Positions 55,276 to 63,548 of a DNA stretch of 64,000 nt are shown here, piece after piece (within the stretch, counting starts at the first letter, position 1; every line of letters starts with the position of its first letter). The stretch is taken from contig JBGOUQ010000009.1 in the NCBI GenBank assembly GCA_041477065.1, positions 13,979 through 77,978 of the forward strand. The letters run 5' to 3'. This stretch comes from Gemmatimonadota bacterium. GTDB taxonomy: Bacteria > Gemmatimonadota > Gemmatimonadetes > Gemmatimonadales > GWC2-71-9. The notes under the pieces were generated by a model. It was not told the DNA's origin. It saw only the letters and a program-made list of their open reading frames with translations, and did not search any database. The position numbers and the translations under genes were made by a program.

Positions 55276-55841
55276 GGGCCGAAGACCACGTCCACGTGCA
55301 CCTCGATCGCTTCGTGCATCTTGAGCACGCCAAGCATCTTGCTGAGCCCCCCGATGTGGTAGTCCTTGAGATTCACCGGAAAGTCACTGCGCAGGATGAT
55401 GTCCCTGCCGCCCAAGATAACCGTTCCCGGGAGCGACACCTGGCGCGCGACGCCGTGGATCGTGAGACGACCCACAAGAATGACCGCGACGGTGTCACCG
55501 CGGGTCTCGCCGGGAGTGACCCCGGCAAGGTCGAAGCGCATCGTGGGATAGGTCTCGACCTCCATCGAGGAGCGGAGGTCGCGGTCGCGCTTGGAGTTGC
55601 CGGTGCCGAGGGTGGCGACGGTCGCTTCGACCCAACCCCGCACGCTCGCGAGGTCGGCGCCGCCCGTCATCGCGCCGCGGACCGAGTCGGTCGAGCCGAC
55701 GAAATCACCCAGCGTGGCGTGGCCGTCGAAGCTGAGCGTGCCGCGGGTCACATGGGCGGCGGGGATGGGCCGCTGGGCCGAGCTTCGTGCCGCTGCCGCG
55801 GGCAACGCGAGGAGGACGGCGACCATCAGGCGCGCACACAT
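55272..55841 (-). CDS. YceI-like periplasmic protein
   Basis: It has a signal peptide, and the pattern SKRDRDLRSSMEVETYPTMRFDL...GRLTIHGVARQV is typical of the YceI family. Confidence 0.8.
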   Translation of the reverse strand: MCARLMVAVLLALPAAAARSSAQRPIPAAHVTRGTLSFDGHATLGDFVGSTDSVRGAMTGGADLASVRGWVEATVATLGTGNSKRDRDLRSSMEVETYPTMRFDLAGVTPGETRGDTVAVILVGRLTIHGVARQVSLPGTVILGGRDIILRSDFPVNLKDYHIGGLSKMLGVLKMHEAIEVHVDVVFGP

Positions 55842-55915
55842 GGGCCTGTGCTACACCGGTGGCGGACAAAGTTGCGGGCCGTGACGACGGATCGCCGCGT
55901 CGGCGCCAAGGTCGG

Positions 55916-57382
55916 TCAGGGAAGCGACTGTCCGACGACCCACTTCACGAGCCGGCCGGATGCGAAGGGTGTCTGGAGTTCGACCTGGTTGATCAGAGCG
56001 AGCGTCGTGCCTGGGACGGGGGAGGGCCGTTGCCGCATGAGCTCTTCGATCGTGGTGGGCTGGCTGATCTGAAAGATGTCCACGTGTTGCGGCTGAACGT
56101 TCAGCGCCGCGGGATCGGTCAGCCGCTGGAAGCTCTGCAACGTCCGCTCGGCCGTCGCCTGGTAGGCGGGCCAGCGCGCCTCGGGGGCGTACCCGACGAT
56201 GCGGTACACCGCGCCGCCGTACTCCACGAACAGTACCGTGCCGCGGAGCGCACCGTTGTCGGTCGCCGCCGCGAAGGGCGCGCTGACCCCCGGGAGCCCG
56301 CCGCTCAGGCTCACGCGCGCGGAAGCGCCGCCCGTGATCCCCTGCTGCGACAGGAACGCACGGGCCGCCGCGTCGGCGCTCGGCTCCGTCGCCTGCGACA
56401 GCTCGACCACGGCATCCTTCTGCGGGCTGACGGCGACCACCGCCTGCGCCCCATTGTTCGTGGTCCAGCCCTCGGGAAACGTGAGCCGGAAGCGCAGCTC
56501 CGGGTGAGTGAACTGGCCGCCCGTAAAGTAGCCCTGGCGTGGATTGAGCCCGAACACCAGGCCGTCCAGCAGCCGTTCGTAGACGTCGCGGTTGACGCTC
56601 GTCCCGGAGAAATCCTGCGGCAGCGCCGCGATCTGTCCCGCGATCGCGGCGACGCGGTTCGCCGGGCTGGGGTGCGTCTCGAGCCACGTGGGGAGGCGGC
56701 CGCCGCCCTCGGCCGCGCTCAGCCGGTCGAGCATGCGGAACACCTCGGGCATCTGGCGGGGATCGTAGTTGGCGCGGCGCATGTAGCGCAGGCCGAGCTG
56801 GTCCGCCTGGCTTTCATCGTCGCGGGAGAACTTGAGGTACAGGATCCCGAGCGCCTGGTTCGCGGTGCCCGCGTATTTCGCGACCTGGGAGCTCGCCATG
56901 CTGCCGACCGCGAGACCCAGCCCGATGAGCTGCTGCTTGCTCATCTCGGCGGCCGTGTGCCGGGCCGTGACGTGGCCGATTTCGTGGCCGACCACGGAGG
57001 CCAGCTCCGCCTCGGAGGTGAGATGGGCGAGGAGTCCCCGCGTCACGTAGACGAACCCGCCGGGGAGTGCGAAGGCGTTGACCGCCGGGTCGTCCACGAC
57101 CCGGAACGTCCAGGGGAGCGTGGGGCGCTCCGAGGTGGCGGCGAGCCGGGCGCCGAACTGCTGGATGTAGCGCTGCCAAACGGCATCGGGATACAGCCCG
57201 ATGCTCGCGACGACCGCCGAATCGGCCTGCCGCCCCATCTGGATCTCCTGGGCCTCGCTGACCAGCATGAGCTGATTCCCGCCGGTAGCCGGGTTGACGG
57301 CGCAGCCGCTCGCGACGAGCAACGCGAGCAGAGTCAGCGATCCGGCGCTCCACGGCGGCATGGCTGAGGGTGTCACGGCCAT
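55916..57382 (-). CDS. M48-family zinc metalloprotease lipoprotein
   Basis: The lipobox is LLVASGC. The HExxH motif is VVGHEIGHVTARH, and the C-terminal region is long. Confidence 0.9.
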   Translation of the reverse strand: MAVTPSAMPPWSAGSLTLLALLVASGCAVNPATGGNQLMLVSEAQEIQMGRQADSAVVASIGLYPDAVWQRYIQQFGARLAATSERPTLPWTFRVVDDPAVNAFALPGGFVYVTRGLLAHLTSEAELASVVGHEIGHVTARHTAAEMSKQQLIGLGLAVGSMASSQVAKYAGTANQALGILYLKFSRDDESQADQLGLRYMRRANYDPRQMPEVFRMLDRLSAAEGGGRLPTWLETHPSPANRVAAIAGQIAALPQDFSGTSVNRDVYERLLDGLVFGLNPRQGYFTGGQFTHPELRFRLTFPEGWTTNNGAQAVVAVSPQKDAVVELSQATEPSADAAARAFLSQQGITGGASARVSLSGGLPGVSAPFAAATDNGALRGTVLFVEYGGAVYRIVGYAPEARWPAYQATAERTLQSFQRLTDPAALNVQPQHVDIFQISQPTTIEELMRQRPSPVPGTTLALINQVELQTPFASGRLVKWVVGQSLP

Positions 57383-57736
57383 CTATCGTCCGTTCCCGTT
57401 GGAAGACGCCGGCGACTGGACCCGCGCGGCGTGCCCCACCACCGCCAGCGGCTCGGTCACGGAGAACGCCGCATCGAGTCGGTCCAGCTCGCCTTCCAGC
57501 CGGCGATTGATCGAATCGCTCCGCCCCGGGGCGTCGCTCACGATCAGGATGTGCGTGGCGTGCCGCTCCAGCACGAGTCTCCCCGACCACGTGCGGGCGC
57601 CGCCGCGCGCCACCGCCGTTTCGTCCTTCAGGAGCGTGCGGATCGTGCCCAGCCGGCTCGATGGCTGCGGCGGCACGATCTCATACACGTATGCCCAAAG
57701 ACTCCTCACAGCGAGCTCCTCACCCGGAGCATACAA
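57383..57736 (-). CDS. Hypothetical protein directly coupled to the M48 protease gene
   Basis: A 117-aa ORF whose TAG stop is immediately followed by the protease ATG. No family was recognised. Confidence 0.55.
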   Translation of the reverse strand: MYAPGEELAVRSLWAYVYEIVPPQPSSRLGTIRTLLKDETAVARGGARTWSGRLVLERHATHILIVSDAPGRSDSINRRLEGELDRLDAAFSVTEPLAVVGHAARVQSPASSNGNGR

Positions 57737-57805
57737 CTTGCCGGCGAGGGCGGCAGGCGAACATCCTCCGACCGGATGAAAAGGGGCTTAACGCGAACGA
57801 GCTAG

Positions 57806-58489
57806 CTACTTGGCTGGAGTAGGCTGGTGAGTCTGCGGCGCGGCGGCTTTGTGCGCGTGAGCGGCGATCTGGAGGCGGCTGTGCAAGGCAAGCTTCTCCA
57901 AAATGTTGTGCACGTGGCTCTTGACGGTGTAGGTGGCAATGTTGAGGCGCTGGGCGATTTCCTTGTTGCTCATGCCCTCGGCAATCAGGCTGGTAATCTC
58001 CCGCTCGCGCTTCGTCATTTGCACGGCTTCCAGCACGGCTGCGGTGCCGCGCGTGACCGCTTGATCCACAATGTGGGACAGCAGCGTGGTGGTTAAGGAG
58101 GGGGGAACCACATCCGCCCCCCCGGCGACCGAGCGAATGGTCCTGACGAAATCGTCGATGGTCGCATCTTTCACGATAAACCCGCTCGCCCCGGCTTTGA
58201 TGAACGCAATGACGTCCTCCTGCGCCGGCAGCAGGTCCATCATGATGATCTTGGTCTCGGGAGCTTCTTTCCTGACGCTCTCCACCAGGCGGTGGCTGTC
58301 GTGATTCCCCAGGGCGGCGTCCACGAGCACGACGTGGGGCTTGGTCTCCCGGACTTGGAGCAGGCCGGCGCTCGCTCCTTCGGCGGCCGCGACGACCTTG
58401 AAGTCCGGCTGCGCGTCCAGCAGGGCGGCAAGCCCGTCGCGCACCAGCCGATTGTCTTCGATCACCGACACCAGGATTTTCTTCGCCAT
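57806..58489 (-). CDS. NarL/LuxR-family response regulator
   Basis: The receiver is ILVSVIEDN...VLVDAAL...FIVKD. The LuxR HTH is LTKREREITSLIAEGMSNKEIAQRLNIATYTVKSHVHNILEKL. Confidence 0.95.
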   Translation of the reverse strand: MAKKILVSVIEDNRLVRDGLAALLDAQPDFKVVAAAEGASAGLLQVRETKPHVVLVDAALGNHDSHRLVESVRKEAPETKIIMMDLLPAQEDVIAFIKAGASGFIVKDATIDDFVRTIRSVAGGADVVPPSLTTTLLSHIVDQAVTRGTAAVLEAVQMTKREREITSLIAEGMSNKEIAQRLNIATYTVKSHVHNILEKLALHSRLQIAAHAHKAAAPQTHQPTPAK

Positions 58490-58570
58490 GCCACAGTCCG
58501 TGCTAGGGGAGCTGGGTTGGGCGCGATTCCCCCGTGGGGTACCGGGAAGTTAGCCCTCTCCCCGGAGTGA

Positions 58571-58603
58571 AGAAAGAACCCCACAACGCCATCCGTTGTG
58601 CGG
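58571..58603 (-). terminator. Rho-independent-type terminator after the GlsB-like gene
   Basis: The minus strand reads CCGCACAACG-gatgg-CGTTGTGGGG (9 of 10 bp) followed by TTCTTTCTT, 37 nt after the stop. Confidence 0.6.
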
Positions 58604-58639
58604 CTCCTTCAGTTCCCTCAAACGGGAGCGTCGGCGCCG

Positions 58640-58900
58640 CTAGGCGCTGGCGCGGCCCCGCCGGAGCGCGTGGTAGGCGACCAGAACCACGATCGTGCCG
58701 ACGGCGGAAACCAGAATGCTGTAGAGGTTGATTCCGGTGACGCCCGAGTGGCCGAACTGATTGAAGGCCCAGCCCCCCAGGACTGCCCCGATGACGCCGA
58801 GGAACAAGTCTCCAAGGACGCCTTGACCACGCTTGTTGACGATCACGCTGCCGATGAAGCCACCGATGATACCGACGACGATCCAGGCGAGAATGGGCAT
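58640..58900 (-). CDS. GlsB/YeaQ/YmgE-family stress-response membrane protein
   Basis: MPILAWIVVGIIGGFIGSVIV...GDLFLGVIGAVLGGW is the hallmark of the transglycosylase-associated protein family. Confidence 0.9.
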   Translation of the reverse strand: MPILAWIVVGIIGGFIGSVIVNKRGQGVLGDLFLGVIGAVLGGWAFNQFGHSGVTGINLYSILVSAVGTIVVLVAYHALRRGRASA

Positions 58901-58924
58901 ACGAAGCTCCTTGTGAGTCGAGGT

Positions 58925-59245
58925 TTACTTCGCGATCAGCAGGACCGCGATAATGACCAAGAGGACGAGCACCAGGGTGGTGACCCTGAAGATGTGGGTG
59001 TCACTGGAAGGGGGCACCGGCGCCGACGCGCTGCTGTCCGCGACGCTCGGCTGATAGCCCCGCCACTCGGGGCGGAGGCGCGGTCCGGGGAGGGGGGTGT
59101 TTGGGGTGCTCACCGGCGCCGCGCTGGCGCCGGCTTGTGGCGCGGGACCGGAGGCCTGGGCCGCCAGCGGCATCGCGGCAGCGACAAGTAGGACCGCGAC
59201 CAGGGTCACTGCACCACGATCCGCAATACTCAGCCAACGCATCAT
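58925..59245 (-). CDS. Hypothetical secreted or tail-anchored Pro/Ala-rich protein
   Basis: It has an N-terminal signal-like helix and a C-terminal TM (VTTLVLVLLVIIAVLLIAK). Confidence 0.55.
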   Translation of the reverse strand: MMRWLSIADRGAVTLVAVLLVAAAMPLAAQASGPAPQAGASAAPVSTPNTPLPGPRLRPEWRGYQPSVADSSASAPVPPSSDTHIFRVTTLVLVLLVIIAVLLIAK

Positions 59246-59542
59246 GAGACCTCCCGGAGAGTGTCAGGCGAACCCCCGCAAATTGCTCGGGTGCGGTCCC
59301 TCCTACCATCGCTCAGCGGGATGAAAAACGACGTAGCACTTGTGGGCTGGCGTGTAGCTCCGCGGCAATTCGAATGGATTAGACCTTTGGGTGCAGGCGA
59401 AGGCGTCGGGACATACAGCCGGGCGGGTCATCGCAAGGAGTGAGAGCAGCGAAGCGGGAGGTACAAAACGCCCCCTCCCCTTGTCGCACCACACGGCATA
59501 AGCTGAACGAGGAGACTACCGTCACCTCAGGAGGATAATCCC

Positions 59543-60298
59543 ATGCGGTGGACCACCACGCTCTCGATCCCCGTTCTCGCCCTGGCATGGTGGGCGACGG
59601 TCGCGTCTGCGCAGACGGTGACCGTGGTCAGTAACGTGAATCTCCGTCCCGACCCGTCCAGTGAATACGCGCCGATCCGACTGCTCAAACCTTCCGAGCC
59701 ACCGCTGGCGCTGCTCGACCCAACGCCGGAGAGCGGCTACTACCACGTGAAGACGAGCGTTGGCGAAGAGGGCTACGTGTGGAGCCGCTACGTCCGGGTG
59801 ACCGCCGCACCGGCGGCGCCGGCGGCGCCGACGCTGCAACCCGGTCCCGGCATCCCCGGCTCGGCGAGCATGGTCGGCTGCGGCGACGGGCTGTGGCAGC
59901 ACGTGTACCATCCGTCGCGGCTGCTCGTCAAGCTGGACTGCATCACCGTGACGGGCACGATCGTGGATGCGACGGCGCACCAGTCGCACCATCAGGCGGA
60001 TGGCGTTCGGCATGAAGGGGACGGCGACACGCACGGATGGCTTCAGGTGGATCCGCAGTTCGCCAACCTGATCAACGCGGGCAACACGTCGGACGAGGAA
60101 GGGAATCTCGTGTTCGAGCTCGTGTGCCACTATACGGTCACGCAGGCGGACGCGAAGCCCGCGTGCGCGGGATTCACGGACCATACCACGATTCCGCCGG
60201 CCGGCACGCACGTCGCGATCAGGGGGACATTCGTGCAGGAGAAGAATCACAAGAAGTGGAACGAGATCCATCCGGTCACGAGCATCAAGGTGCAATAG
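59543..60298 (+). CDS. Secreted SH3b-domain protein with His/Cys-rich C-terminal domain
   Basis: It has a signal peptide, an SH3_3-like region (NVNLRPDPSSEYAPIRLLKP...GYYHVKTSVGEEGYVWSRYV) and SD AGGAGGA. The C-terminal domain was not recognised. Confidence 0.75.
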   Translation: MRWTTTLSIPVLALAWWATVASAQTVTVVSNVNLRPDPSSEYAPIRLLKPSEPPLALLDPTPESGYYHVKTSVGEEGYVWSRYVRVTAAPAAPAAPTLQPGPGIPGSASMVGCGDGLWQHVYHPSRLLVKLDCITVTGTIVDATAHQSHHQADGVRHEGDGDTHGWLQVDPQFANLINAGNTSDEEGNLVFELVCHYTVTQADAKPACAGFTDHTTIPPAGTHVAIRGTFVQEKNHKKWNEIHPVTSIKVQ

Positions 60299-60311
60299 GA
60301 CGGGAGCGCCG

Positions 60312-60929
60312 CTACGGCGACCACTCTGCGCCGACGATGAAACCGTAGTTGTGCTGCAGGTGGCCGCCGTATCGCTGGGTCGTGCACACCGGATTGTTGC
60401 CGAACAGATCCGTCTGGCAATACTGGAAATCCTGACGCGGCAGATTGCCGATGTCGTCTTCGATGCTGGCGACGAACGCGATGCGCCGGTACACCTCGTA
60501 GCGCAGCTCGAGGCTCGTGCTCGCGAGGGGAGCGGTGGCCAGCTTGTAGCGAAACAGCGCTCCAACGCCGAGGCGGATCATTGCCTGGCGCTGATAGCGC
60601 CGGCGAGCACCGAAGGCGTGCTCCCAGTTCGCGGTGAGCAACCCCCGCGCCTGCCGGCCGATTGCCTCGCCGGTGTTGCGGTTCTGGCTCTGCCGCACGT
60701 AGCGCAGGAGGAAGGCGTCGGACCGGTCAACCTGCCACCCCGCCGCAGCACCGAACGCCAGCGTGATCTGGAGTGGGTCGTCCGGGTTGAGCATCCCGGC
60801 CTCGAGTCGCAACAACGACCGGCCCGCCAGCTGCGCGGCCGCCCGTTCCGGTGCCCAGCCGAGGACCAGCAGACCGGCGATCGCCGCCGCGATCGCGATG
60901 GAGCGATCGAGCCGGAGCGGTCGTGTCAC
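60312..60929 (-). CDS. Small outer-membrane beta-barrel-like protein
   Basis: The GTG start overlaps the upstream stop (GTGA). It has a signal-like N-terminus, an alternating-strand pattern and an aromatic-rich C-terminus (YGFIVGAEWSP). Confidence 0.55.
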   Translation of the reverse strand: MTRPLRLDRSIAIAAAIAGLLVLGWAPERAAAQLAGRSLLRLEAGMLNPDDPLQITLAFGAAAGWQVDRSDAFLLRYVRQSQNRNTGEAIGRQARGLLTANWEHAFGARRRYQRQAMIRLGVGALFRYKLATAPLASTSLELRYEVYRRIAFVASIEDDIGNLPRQDFQYCQTDLFGNNPVCTTQRYGGHLQHNYGFIVGAEWSP

Positions 60930-61450
60930 GGAAACACGCGCTTCCAGTGTGGCAGACCGTGTCCGATGACCCAGCCGATCAAGCCGCCCACTGCGGCGCC
61001 GGCGACGGCCCCGGCGCCGACGTTGCCGTGGCACGGCGCGTTGATGGCGCTGTACGGAGTGGAGGGTGGGACAGGACACAACCCGGATCGGACCCCCGCG
61101 ATCACGCCGCCACTCAGTCCGCCGAGGGTCGCGCCGAACACTAAGCCGGCGAGCCCCGAGCCCCGGCGGACCCAGACTCGCTGCACCTCGGCGGCTGGCA
61201 CGATGTAGGCCGGAGCGGCCTGACCGAGATACGAGCCGAGGATGATTCCTTGGGCGTCGCACCGGATGGCGGGACCCACCGTGCTACCGGCGAACCCGGT
61301 GCTCACGCGCACGAGTCCGCCCTGTTTTACGAGCTTGCACAGGCGGCCCGAATCGGCGAATGATGGGGAGGCGGTCTGGGGGGCAGCGGACGCGGGGCAC
61401 ACCGCGCCGAGAGCGACCATCAAAATCTGAACTCGACGCGGTAGCCTCAT
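60926..61450 (-). CDS. Secreted Gly-zipper-type protein; ATG lies 4 nt after the tRNA-Trp 3' end
   Basis: The signal peptide is MRLPRRVQILMVALGAVCPASAA. The C-terminal part is Gly-rich (GLAGLVFGATLGGLSGGVIAG...GAGAVAGAAVGGLIGWVIG). Confidence 0.65.
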   Translation of the reverse strand: MRLPRRVQILMVALGAVCPASAAPQTASPSFADSGRLCKLVKQGGLVRVSTGFAGSTVGPAIRCDAQGIILGSYLGQAAPAYIVPAAEVQRVWVRRGSGLAGLVFGATLGGLSGGVIAGVRSGLCPVPPSTPYSAINAPCHGNVGAGAVAGAAVGGLIGWVIGHGLPHWKRVFP

Positions 61451-61454
61451 TGAA

Positions 61455-61527
61455 CAGGCCCGGCAGGACTCGAACCTGCAACCCCCGGTTTTGGAGACCG
61501 GTGCTCTACCAATTGAGCTACGGACCT
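61455..61527 (-). tRNA. tRNA-Trp (anticodon CCA)
   Basis: Acceptor AGGTCCG/CGGGCCT, anticodon loop CTCCAAA, T-arm GCAGG-TTCGAGT-CCTGC. Confidence 0.9.
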
Positions 61528-61570
61528 AGAATCGCCGAGACCGCCACCAACTACCCCTGACGCCTAGCCC

Positions 61571-61614
61571 CTCGACGTCCACTCGGCGTCTCGGCGTCCA
61601 GGCGTCTCGGCGTA
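61571..61614. repeat. Run of ~8-nt TCGGCGTC-like units in the tRNA-His/tRNA-Trp spacer
   Basis: TCGACGTC at 61572, TCGGCGTC at 61583 and 61591, GGCGTC at 61601 and TCGGCGTA at 61607, all read directly. Confidence 0.7.
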
Positions 61615-61617
61615 AGG

Positions 61618-61692
61618 GGTGGCTGACGGGAATTGAACCCGCAACCTCCGGAGCCACAGTCCGGCGCTCTAACCGATTGAGCTACAGCCACC
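61618..61692 (-). tRNA. tRNA-His (anticodon GUG) with genomically encoded G-1
   Basis: G(-1)+GTGGCTG/CAGCCAC+C, anticodon loop CTGTGGC, T-arm GCGGG-TTCAATT-CCCGT. Confidence 0.9.
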
Positions 61693-61707
61693 ATGCGCCG
61701 CGGAAAC

Positions 61708-62394
61708 CTAATCAGGCCAAAAGCTTCGGGCAATCTCGGCGGTGCGGATATCCACGGGCACCGGCACTCCGTCCAGCCGCGCCACCGGCACAACGCCCCG
61801 CACGGCGTTCGCCAGGACCAGACTCTTCCCGTCGAGCGCACCCCGAGCCCAGCGCCCTTCCTCCAGCCGCGCCAGCTCTCCCAGTCGCGCGCGCGCAATC
61901 CCGGGCAGCACGCCGAGTTCGAGCGCCGGCGTCCTCAGGCTCTCCCCGTCCCACCAGAACACACTCCACACCGTCCCCTCGGCCACCCAGCCCTCTCTGG
62001 TGAGCAGGAGCGCATCGTCGGCTTTCGCGCGATCGGCTTCGGCCGCCGCCGCCTCGAAGCACGCCCGCTCCGTCGTCTTGTGCGGGTAGGGCACGTGGCG
62101 CGCGGACGCCGTGAACACAGCCGGCGCGACGCTCTCCGGCACGTCCCGCACGGTCACCGCCGACTGGCCGTCCCGCACTTCCAAACGCAGCACCGCCTCC
62201 CCCATCTCCACGAACGGCGCCACCAGCGTATCGAGCTCGCGCGCGGGCGCCCGCCCGCCCTTCCCTTTCACTCTGGCCGGGAGACCGAGCGCCGCCAGCG
62301 AGCGCGCCAGCCGCGCCAGGTGACGCTCGAGCAGGGGGATGCCCCCCCGCCGCACACGCATCGTCTCGAACACGCCCACTTCCACATCGCTCAT
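61708..62394 (-). CDS. Class IV aminotransferase-fold protein (aminodeoxychorismate lyase-like)
   Basis: The chosen start is MSDVEVGVFETMRVRRGGIPLLERHLARLARS. The LLLTREGWVAEGTVWSVFWW...LRTPALELGVLPGIAR pattern is PabC/IlvE-fold. Confidence 0.75.
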   Translation of the reverse strand: MSDVEVGVFETMRVRRGGIPLLERHLARLARSLAALGLPARVKGKGGRAPARELDTLVAPFVEMGEAVLRLEVRDGQSAVTVRDVPESVAPAVFTASARHVPYPHKTTERACFEAAAAEADRAKADDALLLTREGWVAEGTVWSVFWWDGESLRTPALELGVLPGIARARLGELARLEEGRWARGALDGKSLVLANAVRGVVPVARLDGVPVPVDIRTAEIARSFWPD

Positions 62395-62411
62395 AGGACT
62401 GTAGTATACCG

Positions 62412-63548
62412 ATGACTCGGAGGCGACACGTGAGCCCGTCCAATCGCTACGCCCATGTTCCACACGCCCGTGTTCGACGCTTCTGTTGGACGCTCTTGCC
62501 GCTTGTCTTCGCCTGTTCACACTCTCCTCCGCCCGACTTCGCTCCCGACCCCGCCCTCGTCGGCCGCATCGCGCGGATCGAGATGGACGCGCCCGCCCAG
62601 GTGTGCCCCGGGCAGCCGTTCCCGGTTACCTACACCGCCGTCCTGACCAGCGGCGAGCGGGTGCCGTTCGAGTACCGCTACGACAAGAAGCACCCGCCGC
62701 GACTGCACGTGATGTTCCTCGACCGCACCAGCCCCGACGCCACGCCGCTCGAGAGCGGCGCGTGGGCCCCGGAGCGCGATCCCTTGGCTACGGTCACCAC
62801 GGGGTTCCATCTTGCGGCTGCGCTGCGCCAGAACCCGGCGCTCCAGGCGAAGGTCACGATCCCGCCGGACTATTCCTGCCTGCCGCACGCCTTCGCCTTT
62901 CAGGGATCGAACGGCGGCCGCGGCGGATTCGGCGGCGATGGCCCCGATGTGACGGTGCGGCTCGGCATCCTGCGTTCGCCGCACGTTGAGCGGCTGCTGG
63001 TCGCGGCGATCGAGGTCGGTGACGCGCCGCCGTTCTACACCCTGGCGGACGCCAACCTCGTTCCCCCGCGCGACTGGCTGATCATCGAGTCCCGGGGAGG
63101 ACGCGGGGCTCGGGGAGATGAGGGGGCGAAGGGTGAGAGAGGCTCGGACGGCGCGCCCGGCTGCCCTGGCGGTGAGGGCTTCCAGGGCTCGCCGGGCAGA
63201 CGGGGCGGCGACGGCGGGCTCGGCGGGCGCGGCGGGCGCATCACGATCATCGTCCCGACAGAAGTGCCCTTCCTTGCCGGACTGGTGGACGCCCGCACCC
63301 CAGGGGGCCCGGGCGGTGACGGCGGAGCGGGCGGCGGCGGTGGGGTAGGCGGCGCCGGTGGTCGCGGCCGCTCCCCCGACGGCAGGGAATGCACCGACGG
63401 CGGGAAGGGTCGCACCGGCCCCAAGGGCCCCGATGGAGAAGGAGGAAGGGGCGGGCGCGGTGGGACGCCACCGCAGGTGATCACGGTGTCCGCGCGGGAC
63501 GTGTTTGGAACGCGGATTCCGCCGGGGCTGGCGGAGCTGCTGCGCTAG
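62412..63548 (+). CDS. Lipoprotein with two collagen-like Gly-X-Y repeat blocks
   Basis: The lipobox is LVFAC. There are 16 uninterrupted GXY triplets (aa 229-276, nt 63096-63239) and a second Gly-rich block (aa 298-351). The start is possibly downstream of 62412. Confidence 0.75.
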   Translation: MTRRRHVSPSNRYAHVPHARVRRFCWTLLPLVFACSHSPPPDFAPDPALVGRIARIEMDAPAQVCPGQPFPVTYTAVLTSGERVPFEYRYDKKHPPRLHVMFLDRTSPDATPLESGAWAPERDPLATVTTGFHLAAALRQNPALQAKVTIPPDYSCLPHAFAFQGSNGGRGGFGGDGPDVTVRLGILRSPHVERLLVAAIEVGDAPPFYTLADANLVPPRDWLIIESRGGRGARGDEGAKGERGSDGAPGCPGGEGFQGSPGRRGGDGGLGGRGGRITIIVPTEVPFLAGLVDARTPGGPGGDGGAGGGGGVGGAGGRGRSPDGRECTDGGKGRTGPKGPDGEGGRGGRGGTPPQVITVSARDVFGTRIPPGLAELLR

